Below, piece by piece: positions 1 to 8,480 of a DNA stretch of 64,000 bases. The notes under the pieces were generated by a model that was not told where the DNA came from, searched no databases, and worked only from the letters and a program-made list of their open reading frames with translations. Both the position numbers and the translations under genes were made by a program. Each line of letters opens with the position of its first letter. Positions within the stretch are counted from its first letter, which is position 1. Origin of the DNA: Planctomycetota bacterium (lineage in GTDB: Bacteria; Planctomycetota; JAJSAM01; JAJVHW01); assembly GCA_965248445.1 (NCBI GenBank), contig CBDFJG010000003.1:544001-608000 (forward strand), written 5' to 3'.

Positions 1-773
1 TCGCAGGCGCGCTGGCCGCCCGCGAGGCGCGCGTTCCCTTGGCGCATGTGGAGGCCGGTCTGCGGAGCCACAACCTGCGCATGCCCGAGGAGATCAACCG
101 CATCTGCTGCGATCACCTCTCCGCTCTGCTTCTCTGCCCGACCCCGTCGTCGGCGGACCAGGCGCGCCGTGAGCGTGTCTCGGGCCGCATCGACGTCGTC
201 GGCGACGTGATGCTCGACGCGTGTCTCTTCGCCGCGAAGCGCGGACGCGAGTCGGGCGTCGCGGAGCGGCTCGGGATCGAACCCGACGGCTACTACGCAT
301 CCACGCTGCACCGCGCGGAGAACACCGACGACGGCGAGCGGCTCCGTTCGATCGTGCGCGCGCTGGACGATCTCGATCTCCCGGTGGTCTTGCCGTGTCA
401 CCCGCGGACGCGGGCCGCGCTCGCGCGCGAGGGACTCGCGGACGGACTGCGCGGACTTCGCCTCGTGGACCCGTTGCGCTATCCGGAGATGCTGGGGCTG
501 GTGTCGGGTGCCCGCGCACTCCTGACGGACTCCGGCGGACTGCAGAAGGAGGCGTACTTCCTGTCCGTCCCCTGCGTGACGCTGCGGGACGAGACCGAGT
601 GGACGGAGACCGTCGCTTCCGGCTGGAACCGGCTTGCGGGAACCGGCGAGGCGGAGATCCGCGCGGCCGTCTCCGCCGCGGCCGCTCCGGAGACGGCACC
701 GGATCTCGACGTCTACGGCGGCGGGCAGGCCGCTGGCCGGGTCGTCTCCGCGCTCGAGCGCTCCTTCGCCTGA
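1..773 (+). CDS. wecB: UDP-N-acetylglucosamine 2-epimerase, non-hydrolysing (5'-truncated by window edge)
   Basis: Motifs HVEAGLRS, MPEEINR, VGDVM, TLHRAENTD, TDSGGLQKEA and LRDETEW; the frame is open to the window start. Confidence 0.93.
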   Translation, partial: AGALAAREARVPLAHVEAGLRSHNLRMPEEINRICCDHLSALLLCPTPSSADQARRERVSGRIDVVGDVMLDACLFAAKRGRESGVAERLGIEPDGYYASTLHRAENTDDGERLRSIVRALDDLDLPVVLPCHPRTRAALAREGLADGLRGLRLVDPLRYPEMLGLVSGARALLTDSGGLQKEAYFLSVPCVTLRDETEWTETVASGWNRLAGTGEAEIRAAVSAAAAPETAPDLDVYGGGQAAGRVVSALERSFA

Positions 774-1048
774 TCAGCCGTTCTCATTCTGAGGCGGGAT
801 GAACCGGCGGTTGTCCGAGCGCAACGAACGCAGCACGCCGCCGTCCAGCGATTTCGACTCCAAGTCGTGCGGGATCGTGACGCCGCGCAGACGTGGCGAA
901 CGCGGCGGGCCGGGCGCCGCCTCGCGCGAGCCGAAGACGGGCTTCACAGCCTCGGCGGCGGACCCCTCCGACGTTCGGCAAGCGGTTCGCGTGGAGTACT
1001 GCATGAAGGGAACCCGTGTGTCGACCGATTTTATCGCCAATTTGACAA

Positions 1049-1064
1049 TGGCGCGGTGCCTGCA
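1049..1064 (+). promoter_or_regulatory. Candidate sigma-54 (-24/-12) promoter
   Basis: TGGCGCGGTGCCTGCA has exact GG-N10-GC spacing, about 70 bp upstream of the ligase ATG. A TTGACA hexamer lies immediately upstream at 1042-1047. Confidence 0.5.
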
Positions 1065-1134
1065 GCCTCGGCTGCCGGTTCTCGGGGCGACGCCCGGCAC
1101 AGCTGCACGCAGGACTCTCGGGGAGACCCTCTAG

Positions 1135-2493
1135 ATGGACCTCGGCACCCGCGACATCATCCTCGGACTGGCGGTCCTCGCATCGCTCCCGCTGAGCGTG
1201 ATCCGCCCGTTCTTCGGACTGCTCGTGTTCTCGTGGCTTGCGTACATGCGCCCGGCCGACATGACCTGGCACGTCGGTGAGTTCCACCCGTCTCTCTGGG
1301 TCGGCCTCGCGACGGTCATCGGTGTGGCCATCAACCCGGCCGAGCGGTTCTTCGTGCTGGAGAAGCGGACTGTGCTGCTCGGGCTGTTCGTGGCCGCAGT
1401 CGCGGCATCCGCACTCGCGGCCATCGATCCGCAAGTCGCCTTGAGCCCCTCAGGCAACGTCCTGATTCTCGCGAAGGCGGTGTTCATCGCCATTCTGACG
1501 ACCGGGCTCGTCAACTCCGCAGACCGCGCGCGCTGGCTGCTGCTCGTCATCGCCGGCAGTCTCGGTCTCCTGGCGCTGAAGACGTTCGCGCAAGGCTTGA
1601 CGTCACCCGGCATCGTGTACCACGGGCCCGGCGGCATGATCGCCGACAACAACGACTACGGGCTGGCGCTCGTGATGACGCTGCCGCTCCTCGTCTTCCT
1701 GTGGAGGGGAGAGAGAGGACCGTTCCTCAAGGTCGTGCTCGCGCTGATGTCCGTCGCGTGCGTCGCAGGCGTCCTGCTCACCCGCTCGCGCGGTGGAGTC
1801 GTCGCGCTAGGCGTGCTGTGGCTCGCAACGATGATCCTGATGCGCAAGGACTGGCGTGTGCTGGTTGCCGGGCCCGTTGCTCTCGCGGGCGTGCTGCTGC
1901 TGGTGCCGGCCGAGCTCTTCGAGCGGTTCCGGGCACTGATGGGCGGTGGCGCACTCGACGAGTCGGCGGCGCTGCGTCTGGTCGCCTGGGAGAAGGCTTG
2001 GAACATGTTCCAGGTCCACCCCCTGATGGGCGTAGGACCCGCGAACTTCACCCAGCAGTGGGGGAACTACGCGCCGTACGCCGACTTCGACCCGATCACG
2101 CCTCACAACACGTACTTGCACGTCCTCGCGGAGTCCGGCGCCGTGTCGCTGGCGCTGTTCGCCGCCGTGTTCGTTGTCACTCTCGTGTGCCTGGCCCGTT
2201 TGCGGGCGCGTGCGACGGAGCCTTGGCGCAGGCATTACGCGACTGCGGTGCTGCTCTCGCTCGTGGCGTTCGCCGCGGGCGCCGTGTTCCTGTCGCGCGT
2301 GTCGTTCGACCTGTTCTATCACCTGATCGGACTCTCGGTGGCGCTGGGCGTGGCGAGCACCGAGGGTCAGTTCGACTGGTTCGGCATGCGCCGAGCCGGG
2401 CGGTCTCTCCGCCCTGCCGCGGAAGCCGAACTTCCGCCGGTCGGCGCGCCCTACGGGCGCCAACACCGAGAATCCGCTGAAGGAGCGTTGTGA
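1135..2493 (+). CDS. O-antigen ligase-like (Wzy_C) putative O-glycosylation ligase, exosortase-A-system type
   Basis: About 12 hydrophobic segments; N-terminal RDIIL...RPFFGLLVFSWLAYMRP; motifs GPGGMIADNNDYGLAL, TRSRGG, HPLMGVG and PHNTYLHVLAESG. Confidence 0.85.
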   Translation: MDLGTRDIILGLAVLASLPLSVIRPFFGLLVFSWLAYMRPADMTWHVGEFHPSLWVGLATVIGVAINPAERFFVLEKRTVLLGLFVAAVAASALAAIDPQVALSPSGNVLILAKAVFIAILTTGLVNSADRARWLLLVIAGSLGLLALKTFAQGLTSPGIVYHGPGGMIADNNDYGLALVMTLPLLVFLWRGERGPFLKVVLALMSVACVAGVLLTRSRGGVVALGVLWLATMILMRKDWRVLVAGPVALAGVLLLVPAELFERFRALMGGGALDESAALRLVAWEKAWNMFQVHPLMGVGPANFTQQWGNYAPYADFDPITPHNTYLHVLAESGAVSLALFAAVFVVTLVCLARLRARATEPWRRHYATAVLLSLVAFAAGAVFLSRVSFDLFYHLIGLSVALGVASTEGQFDWFGMRRAGRSLRPAAEAELPPVGAPYGRQHRESAEGAL

Positions 2494-5400
2494 TGTCGAA
2501 GACCGTCCGTCTCGTCACCGCCTTGTCTGTGCTGGCTTCCGCGTTCGCGGTTCCCGCATCCGCGCAGGAGGCCCCCGAGCAGTTCGTCCGCACGCGCCTC
2601 ACGGTGCTCGGAGCACCGGGTGCTTCACCCGGTGGCATGGTCACCGGCGGCATCCCGTTCCCGTCCGACCTCGGCGTCACCGACGTGGAGGACATCGGAC
2701 TCTGGGTCGACCGCACGTCCCGCCGCGCCGACTGGGACGAGGTACCGGTGCAGTGGAAGGTGCTCTCCCGATGGGGAGGCCGGCCGACTGACCGCGACCG
2801 CCCGATTCGCTGGGCACTCGCTACGTTCCCCGGCTCGCCGGGCGGCCGTTACACGCTGACCTCTGGCGGCGGCATGGGCACAGCCGACATGCGGCCTGCA
2901 CTCGCCACGGCCGGACGTGACTCCATTACGGTGAACACTGGACGCATCTCGTTCACCGTGCCGAAGGACCGCTTCGCTCCGCTGTCGGGATTGACCGTGA
3001 AGATGGGTGGCGAGTCGTACGAGCCGTTCCGCGGACAGGGACTCGACGTGACGATGGTCAACGTCGAGAAGACGGATCCGAAGGGCGCCGGTACCGCGAC
3101 GCGCGACGTCACATACCGCCTCTCCGACGCGCCCGCGGATGCGGTGACGCTCGAGCAGAACGGGCCGCTTCGCGCCGTGGTGCGGATGAGCGGGCGCTTC
3201 GTCGACAGCGCGGGCGATCCGCTGCTCAAGGGGTTCATCGGTTACACGATTCGTCTGGTCGCGGATGCGGGCAGCGACTCAGTGCGGCTGTTCTTCACCC
3301 TCGAGAACAACGGCCAGTACGGCCCGTCTTCCGAGCCGCTGGTCACGATGAGCGACCCGAAGTGGCTGCACATCCGCAAGCTCGAACTCACTCTCCCGAC
3401 CGGTCTGACCGGCGACCTCGTCGGCATCACCCGCGAGGGCGCGTACGAGCTCGCGTCGGGCGGAGCGGGCCCGGACTTCCGATTGCTTCAGTTGCACGAA
3501 GTTCGCGTTCCCGACGACGAGTCGCAGAACTTCCGTTTCACCGTCCAGACCGGCGGGCGTTCGATCGCATCGGGAGATCGCAGCAACGGCGGTCTCGCTC
3601 TGGCGCGGGTCACCGAGCGCGCTGGAGACGGCTCGCCCGCGATCGGCGACGCGGTGATGGTGGCGATGCGCCACTTCTGGCAGAACTACCCGAAGGCGAT
3701 CTCGCTCGACGCGGGCAAGCTCCGCTTCGAGCTGTTCCCGCAGGAACCGGGCGAGAAGTGGCCGCATGACGACGGCGACCTTGCCGACGTCTGGGGCGAC
3801 GCCTACCAGTTCGAAGGCGGGCGGCACAAGACGCACGAACTCCTGCTTGCGTTCCCGGGCCGCCGAGCGACGTCCGACGATGTGGCCGCCCGCGAAGCGA
3901 GGCTGCAGTCGCCTCCGGCGCTGCGCTTGGATCCTGTCTGGGTGGACCGGTGCGGCGTCATGGGAGCGCTCGGACCTGTCGATCTGAACGTCCGGAACGC
4001 CGATCTGAGCAACGCAGTCCGGCACTTCGCGCGCATGCAAGCGGGGCAGGTCGATGCGCAGTTCAGCGACCCGCAGTGTGGTGGAAGCGTCCCGCCGGCC
4101 TCACTCGTGACGCAGCGAGAGATGCGTGGCAGTGCCCTAAAGTCCATGGCCTACGGCCTCGACTCGTACGGCTTCATGAACTTCGGCGACGTGACGTGGG
4201 CCGGCGGCTACAGCTCGGGGCACTACGACTGGATCCGCGGCCTGCTCACGAACTACGTGCGCTTCGGGCGTCGCGAGTTCCTCGACGTGGGCGTCGAGAT
4301 GATGCGCCACCGATATGACATCGACCAGTTCCACGGGCGCGAGCGACTGGACCCCAGCTGGAGCTGGTTCAACGGCTTCCAGCGTTCAGAGTCCGGCCAT
4401 CACGGCGCGTACTCGGCGGACTTCTACGACGGTCACGAACAGTCGCCCACGCCGGAGGCCACTTGGCTCGAGGGGCTTCTCACCGGCTATGCCCTGACCG
4501 GTGACGAGCGCGCGTTCGAGACGGCTCGCGAGAACGCCGAGGCGTTCGTCAACTACTACACGCATGGAAGCAATCGACTGGATCCGCGGGTGCGCCGGCC
4601 GCTGGAGTACCTCGGGCAGCTCGAGGGGTTCGCCGGTGCCACTGGGGAGCTGCTCGCGTTCTACGAGTTCACGGGCGAGAAGAAGTATGCCGACGCCGCG
4701 GAGCTGATCTTCGAGGACGGCATCCTCTTCGCCGAGGAACTCGTCGGAAGCGAGGGTCTGTTCGAAGTCGAAGGCGAGCCCCGGCAGCTGTTCCCCATGC
4801 TCCGCCTCCTGCAGCCGCTCATGCGGATGCACCAAGTGCGGCAGGACGACCGCGCGCTCGCACTCCTGCTCCGCATCCTGAACTGGGTGCAGACGAAGGG
4901 CTACGCGGGCACCGGTGTCACGGTCGAGGGCGGTTACGTGCCCCTTCAGCTGCCCTACAGCTGGGTGCACGACGGTACGGGTGAGAACGACGAGAACCGT
5001 TTCGTTCCGTATGACTTCCTGACGTGTGACGCGTTCGCGTACGCCTTCGCCACGACCGGTGAGGAGAGTTATCTCGCCTTCGCGCGACGTCTGTTCCGCG
5101 ACAGCGTGCTCTTCTGCCAGACGGCGGAAGGGACCCCGGTCTCGGCGGACTTCTACGGTTCCGTCTCGTATCTCTTCCCCGAGCATCTCGGCGCGGAGAC
5201 GAGGATCGGTGCGTGGCTGCTGAACGGCCACAACAGGTACCTGTCGGTGGAGCGGGAGTTCCTGCGGCGCAACCCGGGACAGGCGATCGATCTCGATCTC
5301 GACGGCTTCTTCACCGGGTTCGGGGAGGAGCAGGGCGGGATCGGCCGGCAGGGCGGCAACGACGCATTCGTCGGCGGCAGCGTCACGACGTCGGAAGGCA

Positions 5401-6092
5401 CTTGCAGTGCAGCCGAGATGCGCGTGACGTTTGTCGCGCGTCGCACGCCGGTGGTCGATCCGATGCCGGGTCCGCCGCCTGTGTACGTTGCGCCGGTGCC
5501 GGGGGTCGAGGTCGCCGCCACGCGCTTCACGCCGCCGGTCACGGCGACCGTCGTGCCAGACATGGCGTGTGATCCCGCGCCCTCCGAGTCAGTCCGTGAG
5601 GTGCGAGTGTCACCTCAGGTGGCGGACGTGCGGGTGGCACCCCCGGTCGCCGCGCCGACCCGCGTCACGCGACAGCCGGTGGAAACCCGCCCGACGATCC
5701 TCGTGGAGGACACCGAAGCGAGCCTCGCCGGAGCATGGTCCGAGACGGTCGAAGAGACCGCACACGGCGGAAGCCAACGGGTCGCACGGGACCCCGAGGC
5801 CGCGGCTGCGGCGACGTTCCGTGTCGCCGGAGCGGCGTCGGGCGCCTACCGGCTCTGGCTCTACTGGGGCCGCGAGAGCGGCGCCGCACGGTCTGCACGC
5901 GTGCGGGTTCGTGACGTCGACGGGATCACCGACGTGACTCTCGATCAGACGCGCATCGCGGGCCGCTGGCGACTCCTGGGTGAGTTCAGCATCGAGAAGG
6001 ACACGACGTTCGCGGTGACCCTCTCGAACGAGAACTCCGGCGGCGCAGTGGTCGCGGATGCGATCAAGCTGGAGCCGGTCAGCGCACGCTGA
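2493..6092 (+). CDS. Large secreted protein: exo-rhamnogalacturonan-lyase/YetA-like core, Pro/Val-rich linker, C-terminal golvesin/Xly-type carbohydrate-binding module
   Basis: Signal peptide (ASA-Q); AAGGAG SD and TGATG coupling to the ligase. VTGGIPFP, LEQNGPLRAVV, RHFWQNYPK, YGFMNFGD and HRYDID resemble the PcRGLX/YetA family. C-terminal GAYRLWLYW...LDQT...GRWRLLGEF...VVADAIKL. Confidence 0.6.
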   Translation: MSKTVRLVTALSVLASAFAVPASAQEAPEQFVRTRLTVLGAPGASPGGMVTGGIPFPSDLGVTDVEDIGLWVDRTSRRADWDEVPVQWKVLSRWGGRPTDRDRPIRWALATFPGSPGGRYTLTSGGGMGTADMRPALATAGRDSITVNTGRISFTVPKDRFAPLSGLTVKMGGESYEPFRGQGLDVTMVNVEKTDPKGAGTATRDVTYRLSDAPADAVTLEQNGPLRAVVRMSGRFVDSAGDPLLKGFIGYTIRLVADAGSDSVRLFFTLENNGQYGPSSEPLVTMSDPKWLHIRKLELTLPTGLTGDLVGITREGAYELASGGAGPDFRLLQLHEVRVPDDESQNFRFTVQTGGRSIASGDRSNGGLALARVTERAGDGSPAIGDAVMVAMRHFWQNYPKAISLDAGKLRFELFPQEPGEKWPHDDGDLADVWGDAYQFEGGRHKTHELLLAFPGRRATSDDVAAREARLQSPPALRLDPVWVDRCGVMGALGPVDLNVRNADLSNAVRHFARMQAGQVDAQFSDPQCGGSVPPASLVTQREMRGSALKSMAYGLDSYGFMNFGDVTWAGGYSSGHYDWIRGLLTNYVRFGRREFLDVGVEMMRHRYDIDQFHGRERLDPSWSWFNGFQRSESGHHGAYSADFYDGHEQSPTPEATWLEGLLTGYALTGDERAFETARENAEAFVNYYTHGSNRLDPRVRRPLEYLGQLEGFAGATGELLAFYEFTGEKKYADAAELIFEDGILFAEELVGSEGLFEVEGEPRQLFPMLRLLQPLMRMHQVRQDDRALALLLRILNWVQTKGYAGTGVTVEGGYVPLQLPYSWVHDGTGENDENRFVPYDFLTCDAFAYAFATTGEESYLAFARRLFRDSVLFCQTAEGTPVSADFYGSVSYLFPEHLGAETRIGAWLLNGHNRYLSVEREFLRRNPGQAIDLDLDGFFTGFGEEQGGIGRQGGNDAFVGGSVTTSEGTCSAAEMRVTFVARRTPVVDPMPGPPPVYVAPVPGVEVAATRFTPPVTATVVPDMACDPAPSESVREVRVSPQVADVRVAPPVAAPTRVTRQPVETRPTILVEDTEASLAGAWSETVEETAHGGSQRVARDPEAAAAATFRVAGAASGAYRLWLYWGRESGAARSARVRVRDVDGITDVTLDQTRIAGRWRLLGEFSIEKDTTFAVTLSNENSGGAVVADAIKLEPVSAR

Positions 6093-6403
6093 GCGTCCTC
6101 GCCCGGCACTCTGCGGCACCTCTGCGGCACTTCGCGGGGGCCCGGGCACCTCCCGCCGCCGCGCCTCTCCAGTGGGCTCCCCGGGCCGCTCCGTCGCTGC
6201 GACCGTCCCCGTTGGTTTGGCTGACGGGATCTGGCTGACGGGAGGCCGCTGCCGGTCTCGTTGATCGCCCGCGACGCGGGGGTCCGGGCCTGTCGAACGA
6301 GCGAGACACCGGTCCTGATCGGCCCATGGTCTCCCGCGGTGATATGGCTCTAAATGATGGAGTGAAAAAAGCTTAGGGATATTCGGGCGCGGCCGTCCCT
6401 GAA

Positions 6404-6418
6404 GGGTACGCGCGTTGC
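6404..6418 (+). promoter_or_regulatory. Candidate sigma-54 promoter of the pilZ-sugar transferase-deacetylase operon
   Basis: GGGTACGCGCGTTGC (GG-N10-GC with TTGC). An AT-rich element lies at 6351-6375 and a TGTC-N10-GACA palindrome at 6291-6308. Confidence 0.6.
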
Positions 6419-6471
6419 GCAATGTCTCCCAGCATCCGGCGCAACTGCAGCGCCGCCACAGGAGGAACGGG

Positions 6472-6849
6472 ATGGCAACCGAGGTCGATCAGCGAGTGAA
6501 CCCACGGCTGAAGCTCTCGTATCCGATCCGCCTGTTCGTCCGTCGCGAGGACGACGCGGACCTGTCGCTCGGCCACACGGTGACGCAGAACCTCTCCGCG
6601 CGGGGAGCGTACTTCCACACCTTCCACGGCGACGCATACGAGGTCGGTCTCTCGGTCGCCGTCGAGGTGGCCGTACCGCACAAGCTCACCACAGACGCCA
6701 AGCAGATCACGCTCGACCTCCGTGGCGAGGGGCGCGTGATCCGCGTGGAGTCGCCGACGCGCCACGTCTACGGCGAGAGCGGCGTCACCCTCGCGGGTGT
6801 CGCCGTCGAGTTCGTCGAGCCCCTCTCCTTCCACTACTGCTGGATGTAA
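6472..6849 (+). CDS. Stand-alone PilZ domain protein (c-di-GMP receptor)
   Basis: RxxxR (RVNPR) and (D/N)xSxxG (NLSARG) motifs; GRVIRVE...GVAVEF strands; GGAGG SD. Confidence 0.85.
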   Translation: MATEVDQRVNPRLKLSYPIRLFVRREDDADLSLGHTVTQNLSARGAYFHTFHGDAYEVGLSVAVEVAVPHKLTTDAKQITLDLRGEGRVIRVESPTRHVYGESGVTLAGVAVEFVEPLSFHYCWM

Positions 6850-6853
6850 TGCG

Positions 6854-7543
6854 TTGAACCAGGCCAAGTCCGCTGTCGACTTCGAACGCCTCACCGCCGG
6901 CACGGTGACGGACGAGGTCGGTCCGCGCCACCGCGGCTGGAGCTTCGTGCGCTCGAAGCACGCGCTGGACTGCTTGGTCGCGGTCACGCTGCTGACACTC
7001 TTCGCGCCGTTCATCGCACTGGCCGCGCTCGCGATCGAGTTGACGTCGCCCGGCGCCGCGTTCTTCGTGCAGTGGCGCGTCGGGCGGCACGGCCGGCTGT
7101 TCCGCATGTTCAAGCTGCGGACGATGGCGACCGACGCCGAGGTCGCGTCCGGACCGGTCTGGTCCACCGAAGCGGACCCGCGAATCACGGTCATCGGCCG
7201 CATCCTGCGCGCGACGCACCTCGACGAGCTGCCTCAGCTCATCAACGTGCTGAAGGGCGAGATGAGCCTTGTCGGGCCCCGCCCGGAGCGCCCGATGTTC
7301 GTGAAGCGGCTCACTCGCGAGATCCCGCACTACGCGGCACGCCTCGAGATCCGCCCGGGCATCACCGGACTGGCCCAGGTCTGCCAGGCCGCCGATCAGA
7401 CGATGGAGGACGTGAAGTCCAAGCTCGCCTTCGACCTCACTTACATCCGCCGCATGGGCTGGTGGATCGACGCGCGAATTCTGGTGGCCACCGTCGGCAA
7501 GGCGCTTCATCTGCGTGCCCCGCGGCCGATAGTCGCGGTATGA
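6854..7543 (+). CDS. Priming sugar transferase (undecaprenyl-phosphate glycosyl-1-phosphate transferase, Bac_transf)
   Basis: FKLRTM, DPRITVIGRILRATHLDELPQLINVLKGEMSLVGPRPERP and PGITGLAQV. The TTG start is approximate. Confidence 0.93.
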   Translation: MNQAKSAVDFERLTAGTVTDEVGPRHRGWSFVRSKHALDCLVAVTLLTLFAPFIALAALAIELTSPGAAFFVQWRVGRHGRLFRMFKLRTMATDAEVASGPVWSTEADPRITVIGRILRATHLDELPQLINVLKGEMSLVGPRPERPMFVKRLTREIPHYAARLEIRPGITGLAQVCQAADQTMEDVKSKLAFDLTYIRRMGWWIDARILVATVGKALHLRAPRPIVAV

Positions 7544-8406
7544 AGAACCTGCTCACGATCGACGTCGAGGAGTACTTCCAGGTGGAGGGCTTCGCCGACG
7601 TCGTGGATCGTGGCGAGTGGGATCGCTACGAGAGCCGCGTCGTGCCGAGCACCCGGCGGCTGCTCGACCTGCTCGACGACACCGGTCACAAGGCCACGTT
7701 CTTCGTGCTGGCCTGGTGTGCCGAGCGTCACCCGGCAATGGTCCGAGAGATCGTGAGCCGCGGCCACGAGGTCGCGAGCCACGGCTACGGGCACCGCATG
7801 ATCACGTCCCAGGACGCGGACTCGTTCCGTGCTGACCTGCGGCGCAGCCGCGAGGTGCTCGAGAGGTTGACCGGTCGCCGGATGCTCGGCTATCGCGCGC
7901 CGTCGTTCTCGATCACCCCTGCGACGCCATGGGCGCATGAGGTGATCGCGGAGGAGGGGTTCGCGTACAGCTCGTCCGTGTTCCCTGTGCACCACGATCG
8001 CTACGGCATCCCTGACGCGCCGCGCACGCCGTGGCAGGTGGACACCGCCGCCGGACCGCTCACCGAACTGCCGCCGCTCACGCTGCGCATGGCGGGCCAG
8101 AACCTGCCGGTCGCCGGTGGGGGATACATGCGGCTCCTGCCCGTGCGCCTCGTGGCGCACGCCGTTCGCAGGATGAACGCTGCCGGCGCCCCGGCCATGC
8201 TCTACCTGCACCCGTGGGAAGTGGACCCCGAGCAGCCCCGCCTGCCCGGCCGCCGCGCCAACAAGTTCCGTCACTACGTCGGCCTGGACCGCATGCACGA
8301 GAAGCTGCGCTACCTGCTCGAACGCTTCGAGTTCGAGACCGTCGCCGCGCACCTCGAGCTGTCGACGCAGCCGGGCGGGCGCGCACCCCGCACCGTCGCC
8401 GTCTGA
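7540..8406 (+). CDS. Polysaccharide deacetylase, XrtA/PEP-CTERM-system type (NodB plus DUF3473)
   Basis: LTIDVEEYFQV, HEVASHGYGH, GYRAPSFS, GGGYMR and YLHPWEVDPEQPR; ATGA overlap with the upstream gene. Confidence 0.9.
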   Translation: MKNLLTIDVEEYFQVEGFADVVDRGEWDRYESRVVPSTRRLLDLLDDTGHKATFFVLAWCAERHPAMVREIVSRGHEVASHGYGHRMITSQDADSFRADLRRSREVLERLTGRRMLGYRAPSFSITPATPWAHEVIAEEGFAYSSSVFPVHHDRYGIPDAPRTPWQVDTAAGPLTELPPLTLRMAGQNLPVAGGGYMRLLPVRLVAHAVRRMNAAGAPAMLYLHPWEVDPEQPRLPGRRANKFRHYVGLDRMHEKLRYLLERFEFETVAAHLELSTQPGGRAPRTVAV

Positions 8407-8480
8407 TCGCGCTCGCGCACTCCCGCGGTCTATGATGGCCGCCGCGCGCCGGCGCCGCTCTGGCGCCGAGGAGAACTCGC

